From Candidatus Dojkabacteria bacterium (GTDB lineage: Bacteria; Patescibacteriota; Dojkabacteria; SC72; JAFGCJ01), in NCBI GenBank assembly GCA_016929645.1, contig JAFGIK010000003.1:6913-70912 (forward strand): a stretch of DNA of 64,000 nucleotides, read 5' to 3'. The notes beneath the pieces are model-generated. The model was not told the origin of the DNA and searched no databases. It was given only the letters and a program-made list of their open reading frames with translations. The first letter of the stretch is position 1. The number at the start of each line of letters is the position of its first letter. A program made the position numbers and the translations under genes. Below are positions 46,077 to 54,810 of this stretch, one piece after another.

Positions 46077-46931
46077 TCATGCACTGCACCTTGGACATGG
46101 CTTTACATATCCAAAGGAACTTTCTTCTGGCTCATCTTCATAAGCAACATCCTTTACGAGATTCTCCATCATTTTTTCTGTTAACTCTGGCATAAATTTG
46201 TACAAGAAGGAATAACTTTTTGACATACTAGGGACAAGTATTTTCCTGGTATTCGTAAAGATAGCCTTATACACCGCTTCAGCAACAATTTCTGGTGTGA
46301 CAACTTGACTACTATCCATCTGCGAGATATCTATATTTGCCTTATCTTTTGAGAAGAAGGCTGTGTTTACTGCACCTGGATGAAGAGAGGAGACCTTTAT
46401 TCCAAATGGTTTCAATTCCTGTCGAATCGCATCAGTAAGTCCGGTAATGGCCCATTTTGAAGCTACGTAAACAGACCATTGAGGAATTGTAATCAAACCG
46501 GCAAGCGAGGAGGTATTAATGAGGTGTCCATTTTTTTGTTCTTTGAAAATCTGAGAAGCGTATTTAGCTACGTAAATTTCACCTTTTACGTTTACATCTA
46601 TTGTTTTAGCAATCTCGTCATCGGTAATTTCGTATATTCGCTTAACAAACCCAAGCCCAGCATTATTAAACACAACATCGACACATCCAAGATTCTCAAT
46701 TGCATTTTCGAACATTTTTTTAACTTGATCTGGTTGAGTTACATCAACTTTGAAATAAAAACCTTTCCCGCCTAGGGAATTAATTTCATCAACAACTTTT
46801 GAAAGTTTTTCCTCGTCACGTGCGGCAACTAGTACTTTAGCCCCATCTTTTGCGCAACGTAAAGCAACAGCTTTTCCAATGCCGCTTGATCCGCCAGTGA
46901 TCAGAATTGATTTATCCTTAAGCTTAATCAT
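46077..46931 (-). CDS. short-chain dehydrogenase/reductase (SDR) with C-terminal extension ending in CPRC
   Basis: 'ILITGGSSGIGKAVA' (TGxxxGxG), 'NNAG', catalytic 'YVASKWA' (YxxxK). Last gene of the OFOR operon. Confidence 0.85.
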   Translation of the reverse strand: MIKLKDKSILITGGSSGIGKAVALRCAKDGAKVLVAARDEEKLSKVVDEINSLGGKGFYFKVDVTQPDQVKKMFENAIENLGCVDVVFNNAGLGFVKRIYEITDDEIAKTIDVNVKGEIYVAKYASQIFKEQKNGHLINTSSLAGLITIPQWSVYVASKWAITGLTDAIRQELKPFGIKVSSLHPGAVNTAFFSKDKANIDISQMDSSQVVTPEIVAEAVYKAIFTNTRKILVPSMSKSYSFLYKFMPELTEKMMENLVKDVAYEDEPEESSFGYVKPCPRCSA

Positions 46932-46943
46932 AAGTAATTTTGC

Positions 46944-47222
46944 TTATTTTATTTTTTTCTTTTCTACACGGATGGCACCTTCTGGGCATCTTCTTTGGCA
47001 TATTTGACATGCTGTGCATTTGCTTATGTCGCATTGGACTATTTTGTTGTTGTAGACACCTCTTACTGTTGGATTTATTCCTATACATTTTTGAGGACAG
47101 ACTTCTTGACAAATTCGACAGCCCTTGCAAAGACCTGCAAAGACAGTGTGTGATTGAATTTCGTTTTCTGTTGTTTCTGGCTTGAAGTCTTTTAATTTTT
47201 TATTTGTATTTTTTTTGTTCAT
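46944..47222 (-). CDS. 2-oxoacid:ferredoxin oxidoreductase delta subunit (2x[4Fe-4S] ferredoxin)
   Basis: Two 'CxxCxxCxxxCP' clusters: 'CKGCRICQEVCP' and 'CTACQICQRRCP'. Confidence 0.8.
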   Translation of the reverse strand: MNKKNTNKKLKDFKPETTENEIQSHTVFAGLCKGCRICQEVCPQKCIGINPTVRGVYNNKIVQCDISKCTACQICQRRCPEGAIRVEKKKIK

Positions 47223-47238
47223 TTTTTCCAGTCTTTAA

Positions 47239-47817
47239 TTATTTTGTTAGACTTATTCCGTGTAAAAATGCTGAGTCATTATTTTTTTTAAGGCTTTCAT
47301 TTTTTTGATAATATTTACCAAATTTTTTATCCATTAATTTTTGGATATCCTGAACTAACTCTTTATCAATTATCCCAGTTAACAGTCCAAGCAAGATTAT
47401 ATTAAAGCTCCGTTCTGAAAACTTTTCTGTTGCAATCTTAAATGCGTCTGCAGGTAAAATACACCCAGTTTTTTTCTTGATTTTGTCTACTACACTTTGA
47501 TTAACAAGACTACTGTCATAAATAACATTTGACTGGGGTGAAATGTATCTTAATGACCTCTCAATGTTTCTGCTTGATGTAATTATGAAAACATTTGAAG
47601 TTGTGAACTTGGGTGATACTATTTCGTTTTTAGAAATTGTTATAAAAGATAAGGATAATCCTCCTCTTTGTTCTGTTCCAAAATTTGGAATATATGTTGC
47701 ATGATAACCAAAATTTGAGGAAGCCTGAGCAAACAGTTTTGCTATCGTCTGAATTCCCTGTCCTCCCTCGCCAACAATGATTATTCTTATTGTTTGAGTT
47801 GGTATAGTGCAGCTCAT
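47239..47817 (-). CDS. 2-oxoacid:ferredoxin oxidoreductase gamma subunit
   Basis: 'IRIIIVGEGGQGIQTIAKLFAQAS' matches the POR/KOR gamma N-terminal GxGGQG motif. Confidence 0.8.
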   Translation of the reverse strand: MSCTIPTQTIRIIIVGEGGQGIQTIAKLFAQASSNFGYHATYIPNFGTEQRGGLSLSFITISKNEIVSPKFTTSNVFIITSSRNIERSLRYISPQSNVIYDSSLVNQSVVDKIKKKTGCILPADAFKIATEKFSERSFNIILLGLLTGIIDKELVQDIQKLMDKKFGKYYQKNESLKKNNDSAFLHGISLTK

Positions 47818-48596
47818 TTTATTTTATGTGTATCTTCGAAATTAGGATAATATTTCTTGAATTTCTCAAGTGATTGAATTGTTTCTTGAGCATTTGTTTT
47901 CCAGTTTGTAGGGCAGTATGATAATGCTTCAACAAAACTGAATCCCTTGTTATCAATCTGATGCATAATTGCTCTTTGAATTGTCATTTGCAGTTGGATT
48001 GGATTGTTGACTGCACTTCGGGCAATAAACTGATTCTCAATTCCAAGATTATTGAGCATTTCTGGACCATTTATTGGATTTCCATGGTATTTTCTATCTC
48101 TACCAAGCGGTGCTGTTGTTGTTTCTGGTTGGTCGCTGATTGTGGTTGGTGCCATTTGTCCACCTGTCATGCCATAATTAAGATTATTTACAATTATTGT
48201 AGTTATAGCTTCATTTCTTAAAGTTGCATGAATTAAATGCTGTAAGCCAATTGCATATCCACCTCCGTCACCAAGATAGGCGATGACAATTGAATTTGGA
48301 TTTGCTCTCTTAAATCCTGTAGCAACAGGAATAGTTCGACCATGATGTGTCTGAGTTGTATCAACGTCAAAATAATTCCATGCAAGGAGTGAACAACCAA
48401 TGTCAATTAAAAATACAGTTTCGTTTTTTATCCCGAGTTTATCAATTACTGATCCCAAGGCGTTTAGCACTATTGGATGACCACAGCCAGGACAAAAGCT
48501 ATGAGGTTTAGTTGATAAATTAACACATTCAGGCAATATTGGTTGTAGCTGTTGTGTTTTATTAATGTTTTGTTTTAAAGTGTTTTGCAAACTCAT
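47814..48596 (-). CDS. 2-oxoacid:ferredoxin oxidoreductase beta subunit (TPP-binding)
   Basis: 'FCPGCGHPIV' (Cys motif) and 'GDGGGYAIGLQHLIHA' (TPP-binding GDG...N region). Confidence 0.9.
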   Translation of the reverse strand: MSLQNTLKQNINKTQQLQPILPECVNLSTKPHSFCPGCGHPIVLNALGSVIDKLGIKNETVFLIDIGCSLLAWNYFDVDTTQTHHGRTIPVATGFKRANPNSIVIAYLGDGGGYAIGLQHLIHATLRNEAITTIIVNNLNYGMTGGQMAPTTISDQPETTTAPLGRDRKYHGNPINGPEMLNNLGIENQFIARSAVNNPIQLQMTIQRAIMHQIDNKGFSFVEALSYCPTNWKTNAQETIQSLEKFKKYYPNFEDTHKIK

Positions 48597-49747
48597 TCAT
48601 TATTTTGTACAAATTTAACGATTTCTTCAGGCGTAATTCCTATTGCAGGTCTAAACATTTCTCTTATTTGAGTGTTCTTTTTAAAATTGTTTCTTGCGGT
48701 ATCTGTGTCAGTGCTTCGTTTAAATAATCCCGAAACTATTTCATCGTTGATCAATCGAGCCATCTGACCAAGAGCTGATTCAACATAGATGATTTGCTTT
48801 TTGTGGCTGATATTTTTTAGTAGCGAATGCCGATCAAGCGGTCTGAGTGTTATTGGTCGCCATAGCCCTATTTTCATTCCTTCTTTGCGCAATGAGTTTA
48901 TTGCATCTTTTGCCGCTGTCGCAACTATTCCATGAGCAATTATTAAAACATCAGCGTCTTTTGCTTTATATGTTTCTGATTCCGCGATCTCCAAAGAATC
49001 TCTCTCAAAATCTTTTTGATAATTATTTATAATTTCATTCATCTCTTCTTCCTGGTCATAGCAATTCCTCATATTTGTTGATATTCCTTTTTTTCTGTTT
49101 TCTCCAAGAAGAATAGGAGATGGTTTGGTGTAAAAATTTTTATTCATTTCTTTAATTACTACCTCTCCTTGCATTTTGCCTTGATATCCATCAGATAGTA
49201 CGAATGTTGGATATCGATATTTCCATGCAGTATTGAATGCTTTTATTGTATAGTTGTAAACTTCTTGAAGTCCTGATGGGGAATAAACTATTCTAAATCC
49301 TTCTCCATTACCACCAAAACAAGTCAATGTTACTTCTTCTTGTGAATAAATTACTGTTGATGTTGAAAGACCTCCTCTTTGGACAATTAAAGCAACCGTT
49401 GGGATTCTTAAAGCTTCCGCTGCTGAGAATGCGTCCTGCATTAAGATATTTCCTGGTCCTGCTGTAGCAGTAAAAGCTTTCTTCCCTGCAAGACATGCAC
49501 CTGTGACTGCAAAGCCTGAAGCCATCTCATCTTCTAATTGAAGATAGCCTATTGGCTCGTTTGTTATTGGACTTTTATGGGGCTTGTCAGGGTCTCCGGT
49601 CAATTCAACCCAAGTTTCAAATATCTCTGAGGAAGGAGTTATTGGGTAACCAAAGAAATTTGTAGCGCCTGCATTAAGAGCAGCATAGGCAGATATCACA
49701 TTTCCTTGTAAAAATTGTTTTTCTTTTTTTTGACTGGGTTCTTTCAT
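48593..49747 (-). CDS. 2-oxoacid:ferredoxin oxidoreductase alpha subunit
   Basis: 'GNVISAYAALNAGATNFFGYPITPSSEI' is the POR/KOR alpha N-terminal signature; 384 aa. Confidence 0.9.
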   Translation of the reverse strand: MKEPSQKKEKQFLQGNVISAYAALNAGATNFFGYPITPSSEIFETWVELTGDPDKPHKSPITNEPIGYLQLEDEMASGFAVTGACLAGKKAFTATAGPGNILMQDAFSAAEALRIPTVALIVQRGGLSTSTVIYSQEEVTLTCFGGNGEGFRIVYSPSGLQEVYNYTIKAFNTAWKYRYPTFVLSDGYQGKMQGEVVIKEMNKNFYTKPSPILLGENRKKGISTNMRNCYDQEEEMNEIINNYQKDFERDSLEIAESETYKAKDADVLIIAHGIVATAAKDAINSLRKEGMKIGLWRPITLRPLDRHSLLKNISHKKQIIYVESALGQMARLINDEIVSGLFKRSTDTDTARNNFKKNTQIREMFRPAIGITPEEIVKFVQNNE

Positions 49748-49860
49748 TAATTTGAGGGCAAATTTGGAATAATTCCATTTAATATCAATAAGACTTAACT
49801 GTCAAATTGAACAAATGGTTGCCTGTTTGATCGTTAATCTGTGATAAAATACTTTTTACT

Positions 49861-50979
49861 ATGAAGATAGCAATTGTAACAGATTCAATGGCTGCATTCG
49901 GTGGTTCGGATAGATATTTGTTGTCTCTGCTGAAAGCTTTCCCTGAAAGTGAACTCTACACATCGATTTATGACCCAGATATATACACAACTTGCAACTT
50001 ACCAAAGGTTCATTCGTCATTTATTCAGAATTTACCGTTCAATAAATTCTGGAAACGGCACTATACCGTTATTTCACCAATGGCTTTCGAGATGTTTGAC
50101 TTTTCGAAATATGATCTTGTGATAAGTTGTTCTGCTGGTTGTTCAAAAGGCGTGATCACTTCTCCTGATACACTTCATGTCGGAATAGTATTTACACCTC
50201 CAAGATATCAATGGGGTGGGGATCCAAATACGAAAAGAGTTAAGTTCAGATCGATCTATTCGTTTTTTATGCCACTTGTAGACCATTACCTTCGCATTTG
50301 GGATTTTGAAGCAGCTAAAAGACCAGATTTTCTTGTAAGTATTTCAAAATATGTTGAGTCCAGAGTTGAAAAATATTATAAACGTGATTCGAGTGTGATT
50401 TATCCTGGAATTAATACGGATTTTTGGAAGCCAATAATTCAGCACGATAAAGAAAATCAAACCTGTAAAGGTAAAGAAGATTTTTTTGTTATCGTTTCAA
50501 GATTATTCGAATACAAACGCATAGATTTGGCTATTCAGGCATGTAACAAGTTAAATAAGAGGCTTGTAATAATTGGTACTGGACCTGATGAAAATTACTT
50601 GCGATCTATAGCTGGTGAAAATGTATCATTTTTAGGGTTTCTCGACGATGAACTAGTTAGAGATTATTTTCGTAGGGCTAAGGGATTTCTTTTTTGTGGA
50701 CTTGATGATTTTGGTTTAACTCCTGTTGAAGCTATGGCTTGTGGTACTCCTGTAATAGCTTATAATAAAGGTGGAGCAACGGAAAGTGTTGTTGATGAAG
50801 TTTCTGGAATTTTGTTTAATAATCAAACAGTTGAAGATGTAGTAGGTGCAATTAAAAATTTTGAAACAATTAAATTTAACTCTCAGGAAATAATCAGTAG
50901 AGCTCATGTTTTCTCTGAAAAAGTATTTATCAAAAATATAAGGAACTATATTTATGGAAAACTTAAAAAAAACAAATAG
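49861..50979 (+). CDS. GT4-type glycosyltransferase
   Basis: 'DDFGLTPVEAMACGTPVIAYNKGGATE' E-x7-E motif. Confidence 0.85.
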   Translation: MKIAIVTDSMAAFGGSDRYLLSLLKAFPESELYTSIYDPDIYTTCNLPKVHSSFIQNLPFNKFWKRHYTVISPMAFEMFDFSKYDLVISCSAGCSKGVITSPDTLHVGIVFTPPRYQWGGDPNTKRVKFRSIYSFFMPLVDHYLRIWDFEAAKRPDFLVSISKYVESRVEKYYKRDSSVIYPGINTDFWKPIIQHDKENQTCKGKEDFFVIVSRLFEYKRIDLAIQACNKLNKRLVIIGTGPDENYLRSIAGENVSFLGFLDDELVRDYFRRAKGFLFCGLDDFGLTPVEAMACGTPVIAYNKGGATESVVDEVSGILFNNQTVEDVVGAIKNFETIKFNSQEIISRAHVFSEKVFIKNIRNYIYGKLKKNK

Positions 50980-52129
50980 TATAGGTTCTGGCAAATTGAA
51001 TGTCAGTAATCTAAAAAAACTTAAAGTCGCTTTAGTTGATGATTTTTTAACTGTTGATGGTGGTGCGCAAAAGGTTTTACGGGCAATGCATGAAATCTGG
51101 CCAGACGCTCCGGTTTATACAACAACTTATTTTCCAGATAAGTTCCATCCCAAACTTGAAGGTTGGGACATAAGACAATCATTTGTTTCTAAGTTCCCGT
51201 TTCGAGAAACTTTTGAAAATCAGTACAAGCTTTTTTATCAACTTGCTATGGAGCAATTCAAGTTTGATGGCTATGATCTTGTTATTAGTAGTACATATGC
51301 GGGTTATGCCAAGGGTATAATTGTTCCGGAATCTACTTTGCACTTAAGTTATATTCATACTGTTCCCCGTTACTTGTGGAAACTTCCAACACAAAGACAT
51401 GAAAAACTAAATCCAATTTATAAGAATATAATTCTTCCTCCTCTGGAACATTTTTGGAGAATATGGGACAGGCAAACTGCAGACAGACCTGATTATCTTA
51501 TTAGTAACTCGAATCTTGTACAGAGCCGAGTCAAAAAGTTCTATAGAAGGGACTCTTTTGTCATTTATCCTCCAGTTGAAGTTGATGATTTAGCTAAAGT
51601 ATCCAATAGCAAAGAAGATTATTTCGTGTATTTTGGGCGGCTTGAAAGTTACAAAAAAGTTCATTGGGCTATTAAAGCATGTATTCGGGCCAGGTCGAAA
51701 TTAAAGATAATTGGAGATGGTACATATCTCTCTGAGCTTGAAAGTCTTGTAACAAAGATGAAAGGACAGAAGTATGTTCAATTTCTTGGTAGAACATCTG
51801 ACAAGGTGCGTAACGATGTTGTTTCTAAGGCAAAAGCTTTTATATTTCCTTGTCCTACTGAAGATTTCGGTATTGTCCCTGTAGAATCGATGGCACTTGG
51901 TACCCCTGTTATTGCTTTTAAATCTGGTGGAGTTATGGAAACAGTAGAGAATGGAAAGACAGGGATATTGACAAGTGATATCTCTGTAAATGGACTTGTC
52001 GAGGCAATAGAAAAATTTGACGCTGATAAATTTAGGCCAGAAATTTGCAGAAAAGTTGCGTTGTCGTTTAGTAAAGAATCGTTTACCAACTGCTTATTGA
52101 ATTTTGTAGGTTCAGTATATGGTAAGTAG
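50954..52129 (+). CDS. GT4-type glycosyltransferase
   Basis: 'EDFGIVPVESMALGTPVIAFKSGGVME'. Paralogous to the upstream gene ('YLRIWDFEAAKRPDFLVS' vs 'FWRIWDRQTADRPDYLIS'). Confidence 0.85.
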   Translation: MENLKKTNSIGSGKLNVSNLKKLKVALVDDFLTVDGGAQKVLRAMHEIWPDAPVYTTTYFPDKFHPKLEGWDIRQSFVSKFPFRETFENQYKLFYQLAMEQFKFDGYDLVISSTYAGYAKGIIVPESTLHLSYIHTVPRYLWKLPTQRHEKLNPIYKNIILPPLEHFWRIWDRQTADRPDYLISNSNLVQSRVKKFYRRDSFVIYPPVEVDDLAKVSNSKEDYFVYFGRLESYKKVHWAIKACIRARSKLKIIGDGTYLSELESLVTKMKGQKYVQFLGRTSDKVRNDVVSKAKAFIFPCPTEDFGIVPVESMALGTPVIAFKSGGVMETVENGKTGILTSDISVNGLVEAIEKFDADKFRPEICRKVALSFSKESFTNCLLNFVGSVYGK

Positions 52130-52778
52130 TTTAGCTTATCCTTATTTGAAAAGACTTCTTGATATTGTCGGATCTCTTGTTGCTCTGTTTTTCCTCTCCC
52201 CCTTATTTGCTTTAATTTCTTTGGTGATCTGGCTTGATGGAACAGGTGGACCGATCTTTGCTGAATCTCAGAGTAGGGTCGGCTTAAGAGGAAGTTCTTT
52301 TAACATGCTAAAATTTCGAACAATGGTGCCAAATGCACATGAACTATTACATTCAAATTCTGAATATGACTATTTGTTGAGATTAATGCATCAGAATGGT
52401 GGAAAAATTAAAACCGAGGAAGATCCACGAGTTACAAATCTGGGCAAATTCTTAAGAAAATGGAGTCTTGATGAATTGCCGCAGTTTATCAATATTTTTT
52501 GGGGAGAAATGAGTCTTGTTGGTCCACGCCCATATTTTCAATATGAGCTTGAAGATTTGAATAGAAAGTTGCTAAACGGTAAGACTTTAGTTGACGGAGT
52601 ATTATCTGTGAAACCTGGATTAACAGGATTGTGGCAGGTTTCTGGTAGAAATAATCTTGGATTGAAGAAGCGTATTGCGTTGGATTTCTCATATTCTTAC
52701 AATAAATCTATACTATATGATATTAAATTGTTATTAAAAACTCCTGAAGTTGTTATCACACGTGATGGTGCGTGGTGA
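52119..52778 (+). CDS. initiating sugar-phosphate transferase (bacterial sugar transferase, WbaP/PglC-like)
   Basis: 'LDELPQFINIFWGEMSLVGPRP' is the hallmark motif of polyprenyl-phosphate hexose-1-phosphate transferases; N-terminal TM. Confidence 0.85.
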   Translation: MVSSLAYPYLKRLLDIVGSLVALFFLSPLFALISLVIWLDGTGGPIFAESQSRVGLRGSSFNMLKFRTMVPNAHELLHSNSEYDYLLRLMHQNGGKIKTEEDPRVTNLGKFLRKWSLDELPQFINIFWGEMSLVGPRPYFQYELEDLNRKLLNGKTLVDGVLSVKPGLTGLWQVSGRNNLGLKKRIALDFSYSYNKSILYDIKLLLKTPEVVITRDGAW

Positions 52779-52782
52779 TATT

Positions 52783-52833
52783 GAGACCGAGACTGAGGTT
52801 CATTAGCTTTTAATGAACCTCAGTCTCGGTCTC
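52783..52833 (+). terminator. 23-bp perfect palindrome (hairpin) after the sugar-transferase operon
   Basis: 'gagaccgagactgaggttcatta-gcttt-taatgaacctcagtctcggtctc' followed by 'cacctttt'. Confidence 0.55.
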
Positions 52834-52853
52834 CACCTTTTGAGTTAAAAATC

Positions 52854-53390
52854 ATGGCTGTTTATCGGGATGAGGTTGCAATCCTAAAATCAAGAGATAT
52901 TAACGAATATGACAAGATCGTTACGTTATTTGGCCGTTGGCATGGCAAGTTTAGTGCCATTGCAAAAGGTGTTCGAAGGCTTTCAAGCCGAAAGCGAGGC
53001 CATCTTGAGACTTTTAATCTTTGCCGAGTCAGTTGTGCCCAGGGTAAGAGTCTGGATTTAATTCTTGAGGCACAATCGTACTTTTCCATTGATACCAAGG
53101 ATACAAAATATGATGAATATGAAAGGGTTGGGTTTGCAGGTTTTGTTGTAGATAAATTTGTCCCTGACAATGTGCAGGAGGGTAAGATTTTTGATATGTG
53201 GACTGACTTTATTCAGGGGCAACACGGCAAGACCGAGACTATCGATTTTATTCTAAATATCCTTTTGTTGCAGGGTTTTGTAAGCGAAGAAAATATCGAA
53301 AAGTTGAGACTCGGTCAGGTGAATCAAGTGAATCAGCTGACCTTTGAAAAAATAAAGTTATTTGTTCAAAAAATTATCCATGAAATTTAG
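52854..53390 (+). CDS. recO: DNA repair protein RecO (compact form, no C-terminal zinc finger)
   Basis: 'AVYRDEVAILKSRDINEYDKIVTLFGRWHGKFSAIAKGVRRLSSRKRG' matches the RecO N-terminal OB-fold consensus (LRSRDYGEADRIL.LFTREHGK...AKGARR..SR). Confidence 0.7.
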   Translation: MAVYRDEVAILKSRDINEYDKIVTLFGRWHGKFSAIAKGVRRLSSRKRGHLETFNLCRVSCAQGKSLDLILEAQSYFSIDTKDTKYDEYERVGFAGFVVDKFVPDNVQEGKIFDMWTDFIQGQHGKTETIDFILNILLLQGFVSEENIEKLRLGQVNQVNQLTFEKIKLFVQKIIHEI

Positions 53391-53545
53391 TTTTTACTGT
53401 GATTTTAGTTGAGAATTGATGTTTTGTTTGCTTGATTTCGTTACCTTTGATATGTTTTGCCATAAATGCTTTTCTGCTTTATAATTGCTTTGTTACCAGG
53501 TTTACTGCCTGTTTGCTTCATTATACAAACGAAAAGTCATTTTTC

Positions 53546-53618
53546 GGGCGCGTAGCTCAACTGGCAGAGCAAGCGACTCTTAATCGCTAGGTTCAGGGTT
53601 CGATTCCCTGCGCGCCCA
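53546..53618 (+). tRNA. tRNA-Lys (anticodon CTT), CCA not encoded
   Basis: Acceptor GGGCGCG/CGCGCCC, D-arm 'GCTCaactggcaGAGC', anticodon stem AGCGA/TCGCT with loop 'ctCTTaa', T-arm 'CAGGGttcgattCCCTG', discriminator A. Folded manually. The minus-strand ORF 53537-53791 is spurious. Confidence 0.9.
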
Positions 53619-53653
53619 AGGGAAAAGAGATCAAAATTGATCTCTTTTCCCTT
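53618..53653 (+). terminator. 16-bp perfect hairpin starting at the tRNA-Lys discriminator
   Basis: 'aagggaaaagagatca-aaat-tgatctcttttccctt'. Confidence 0.45.
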
Positions 53654-53759
53654 GAAATGTATGTAATCGAACAAGTTCGTAGGGACGTATCCCGAGAGCG
53701 AAGCGATCGGAAGATACGACCACATGCAATTCAGAGACGAGTGTAATGAGTCCTGAATT

Positions 53760-53784
53760 GATTCCCTGCGCGCCCAAGGGAAAA
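53760..53784 (+). repeat. 25-nt direct repeat of the tRNA-Lys 3' end (copy 2; copy 1 at 53602-53626)
   Basis: 'gattccctgcgcgcccaagggaaaa' at 53602-53626 (T-loop G57 through discriminator plus 8 nt) and again at 53760-53784. Confidence 0.8.
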
Positions 53785-53926
53785 ATTTCATACGAATCTC
53801 TAAATCATATTAAAATTCACGGAAAATATTCATTCCTAGTTTTACTTAATATTCCAAAAACTAATAATTAGTCGAGCAATTATTTTTCCGTTTTGTGTGG
53901 TTGTTATTTGATAAATATATCTAACA

Positions 53927-54619
53927 ATGCTTGAATCCAACGAATCTTTTGACTGGTTACAAATTGGCTTACAATCTGGTCCTATGACTGAGGTTACGTC
54001 TGCTATACGTGCTGTTTCTTTGGGGATTGGTGGTGAGGGACTTCAATTTATTGAGAATGCCTGCAAATATATTCATTTAAACTTTGCAACTCCGAAGGAA
54101 AAGCCTGACAAGATGAAAAGAACAGCTGATGAAATTTTATCTGGGGCACCTGATCCGTCAATTGGTAATAAAAAACCGATTGCACATTGTACCGAGTGGG
54201 GTAAGTTGTTGAGGACGATTTTTCTTGCAAAAGGATATCCAACAATATGGGTAAATAGTATTCCTGAGGATTGGATACGAGCAGAAGGAGAATGGTCAAA
54301 TCCTGATAATTACAGTAATCATGTTTTTCTTGATATTTATGTAAATGGTGGATGGGTTACATTGAATACCACAGGGGCTCCCGATCTTGAAAAGGGGCTT
54401 ATCCGAAGAGGTGCAACAGATAATGAGAAATATTACTTAGACACTAATGCCGGTCGAACTTATTATAGACCGTACATGAGAGGTTTAGATCATATGCATG
54501 CATGGACTCCAGATGAACGACTAATTAGCTCATCGGATAAGAAGCAATGGCATATTTTTATTAATCATGAATTTCCTGAACGGATTGAGCGCTTGGAGAG
54601 AAACCCAGTAGATTATTGA
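53927..54619 (+). CDS. transglutaminase-like cysteine peptidase superfamily protein
   Basis: 'GNKKPIAHCTEWGKLLRTIFLAKGYPTIWVNSI' (G-x-C...R..GIP-like core) and 'NHVFLDIYVNGGWVTLNTTG' (His then Asp) fit a Cys-His-Asp transglutaminase core. Confidence 0.5.
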   Translation: MLESNESFDWLQIGLQSGPMTEVTSAIRAVSLGIGGEGLQFIENACKYIHLNFATPKEKPDKMKRTADEILSGAPDPSIGNKKPIAHCTEWGKLLRTIFLAKGYPTIWVNSIPEDWIRAEGEWSNPDNYSNHVFLDIYVNGGWVTLNTTGAPDLEKGLIRRGATDNEKYYLDTNAGRTYYRPYMRGLDHMHAWTPDERLISSSDKKQWHIFINHEFPERIERLERNPVDY

Positions 54620-54810
54620 GTTTGTATTTTGTGTAACTTTGTTCACAAAAAGACTTGTTCGGATTAAAATTTCATATAGGAAAATCGAAAACACTGATAT
54701 ATAAACAATTTTCGAAAACTATAACAAATTAATTTCTGTAAAGATCCCTTTTCCTTATCCATCCTACCGAATTTGCTATAATTACCATATAAATTTATGC
54801 TATATCTTTT

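Noticed and set aside
25830-53784. Idea that tRNA-Val and tRNA-Lys with their 3'-end duplications delimit one 27.7-kb genomic island
   Set aside because: Each direct repeat duplicates the 3' end of its own adjacent tRNA and lies within ~180 bp of it. The region between the two loci carries core genes (pilus machinery, OFOR, recO) and no integrase, so the two loci are independent small inserts.
53537-53791. 84-aa minus-strand ORF from the six-frame track
   Set aside because: It lies antisense across tRNA-Lys and its downstream element; the tRNA fold is unambiguous, so the ORF is spurious.
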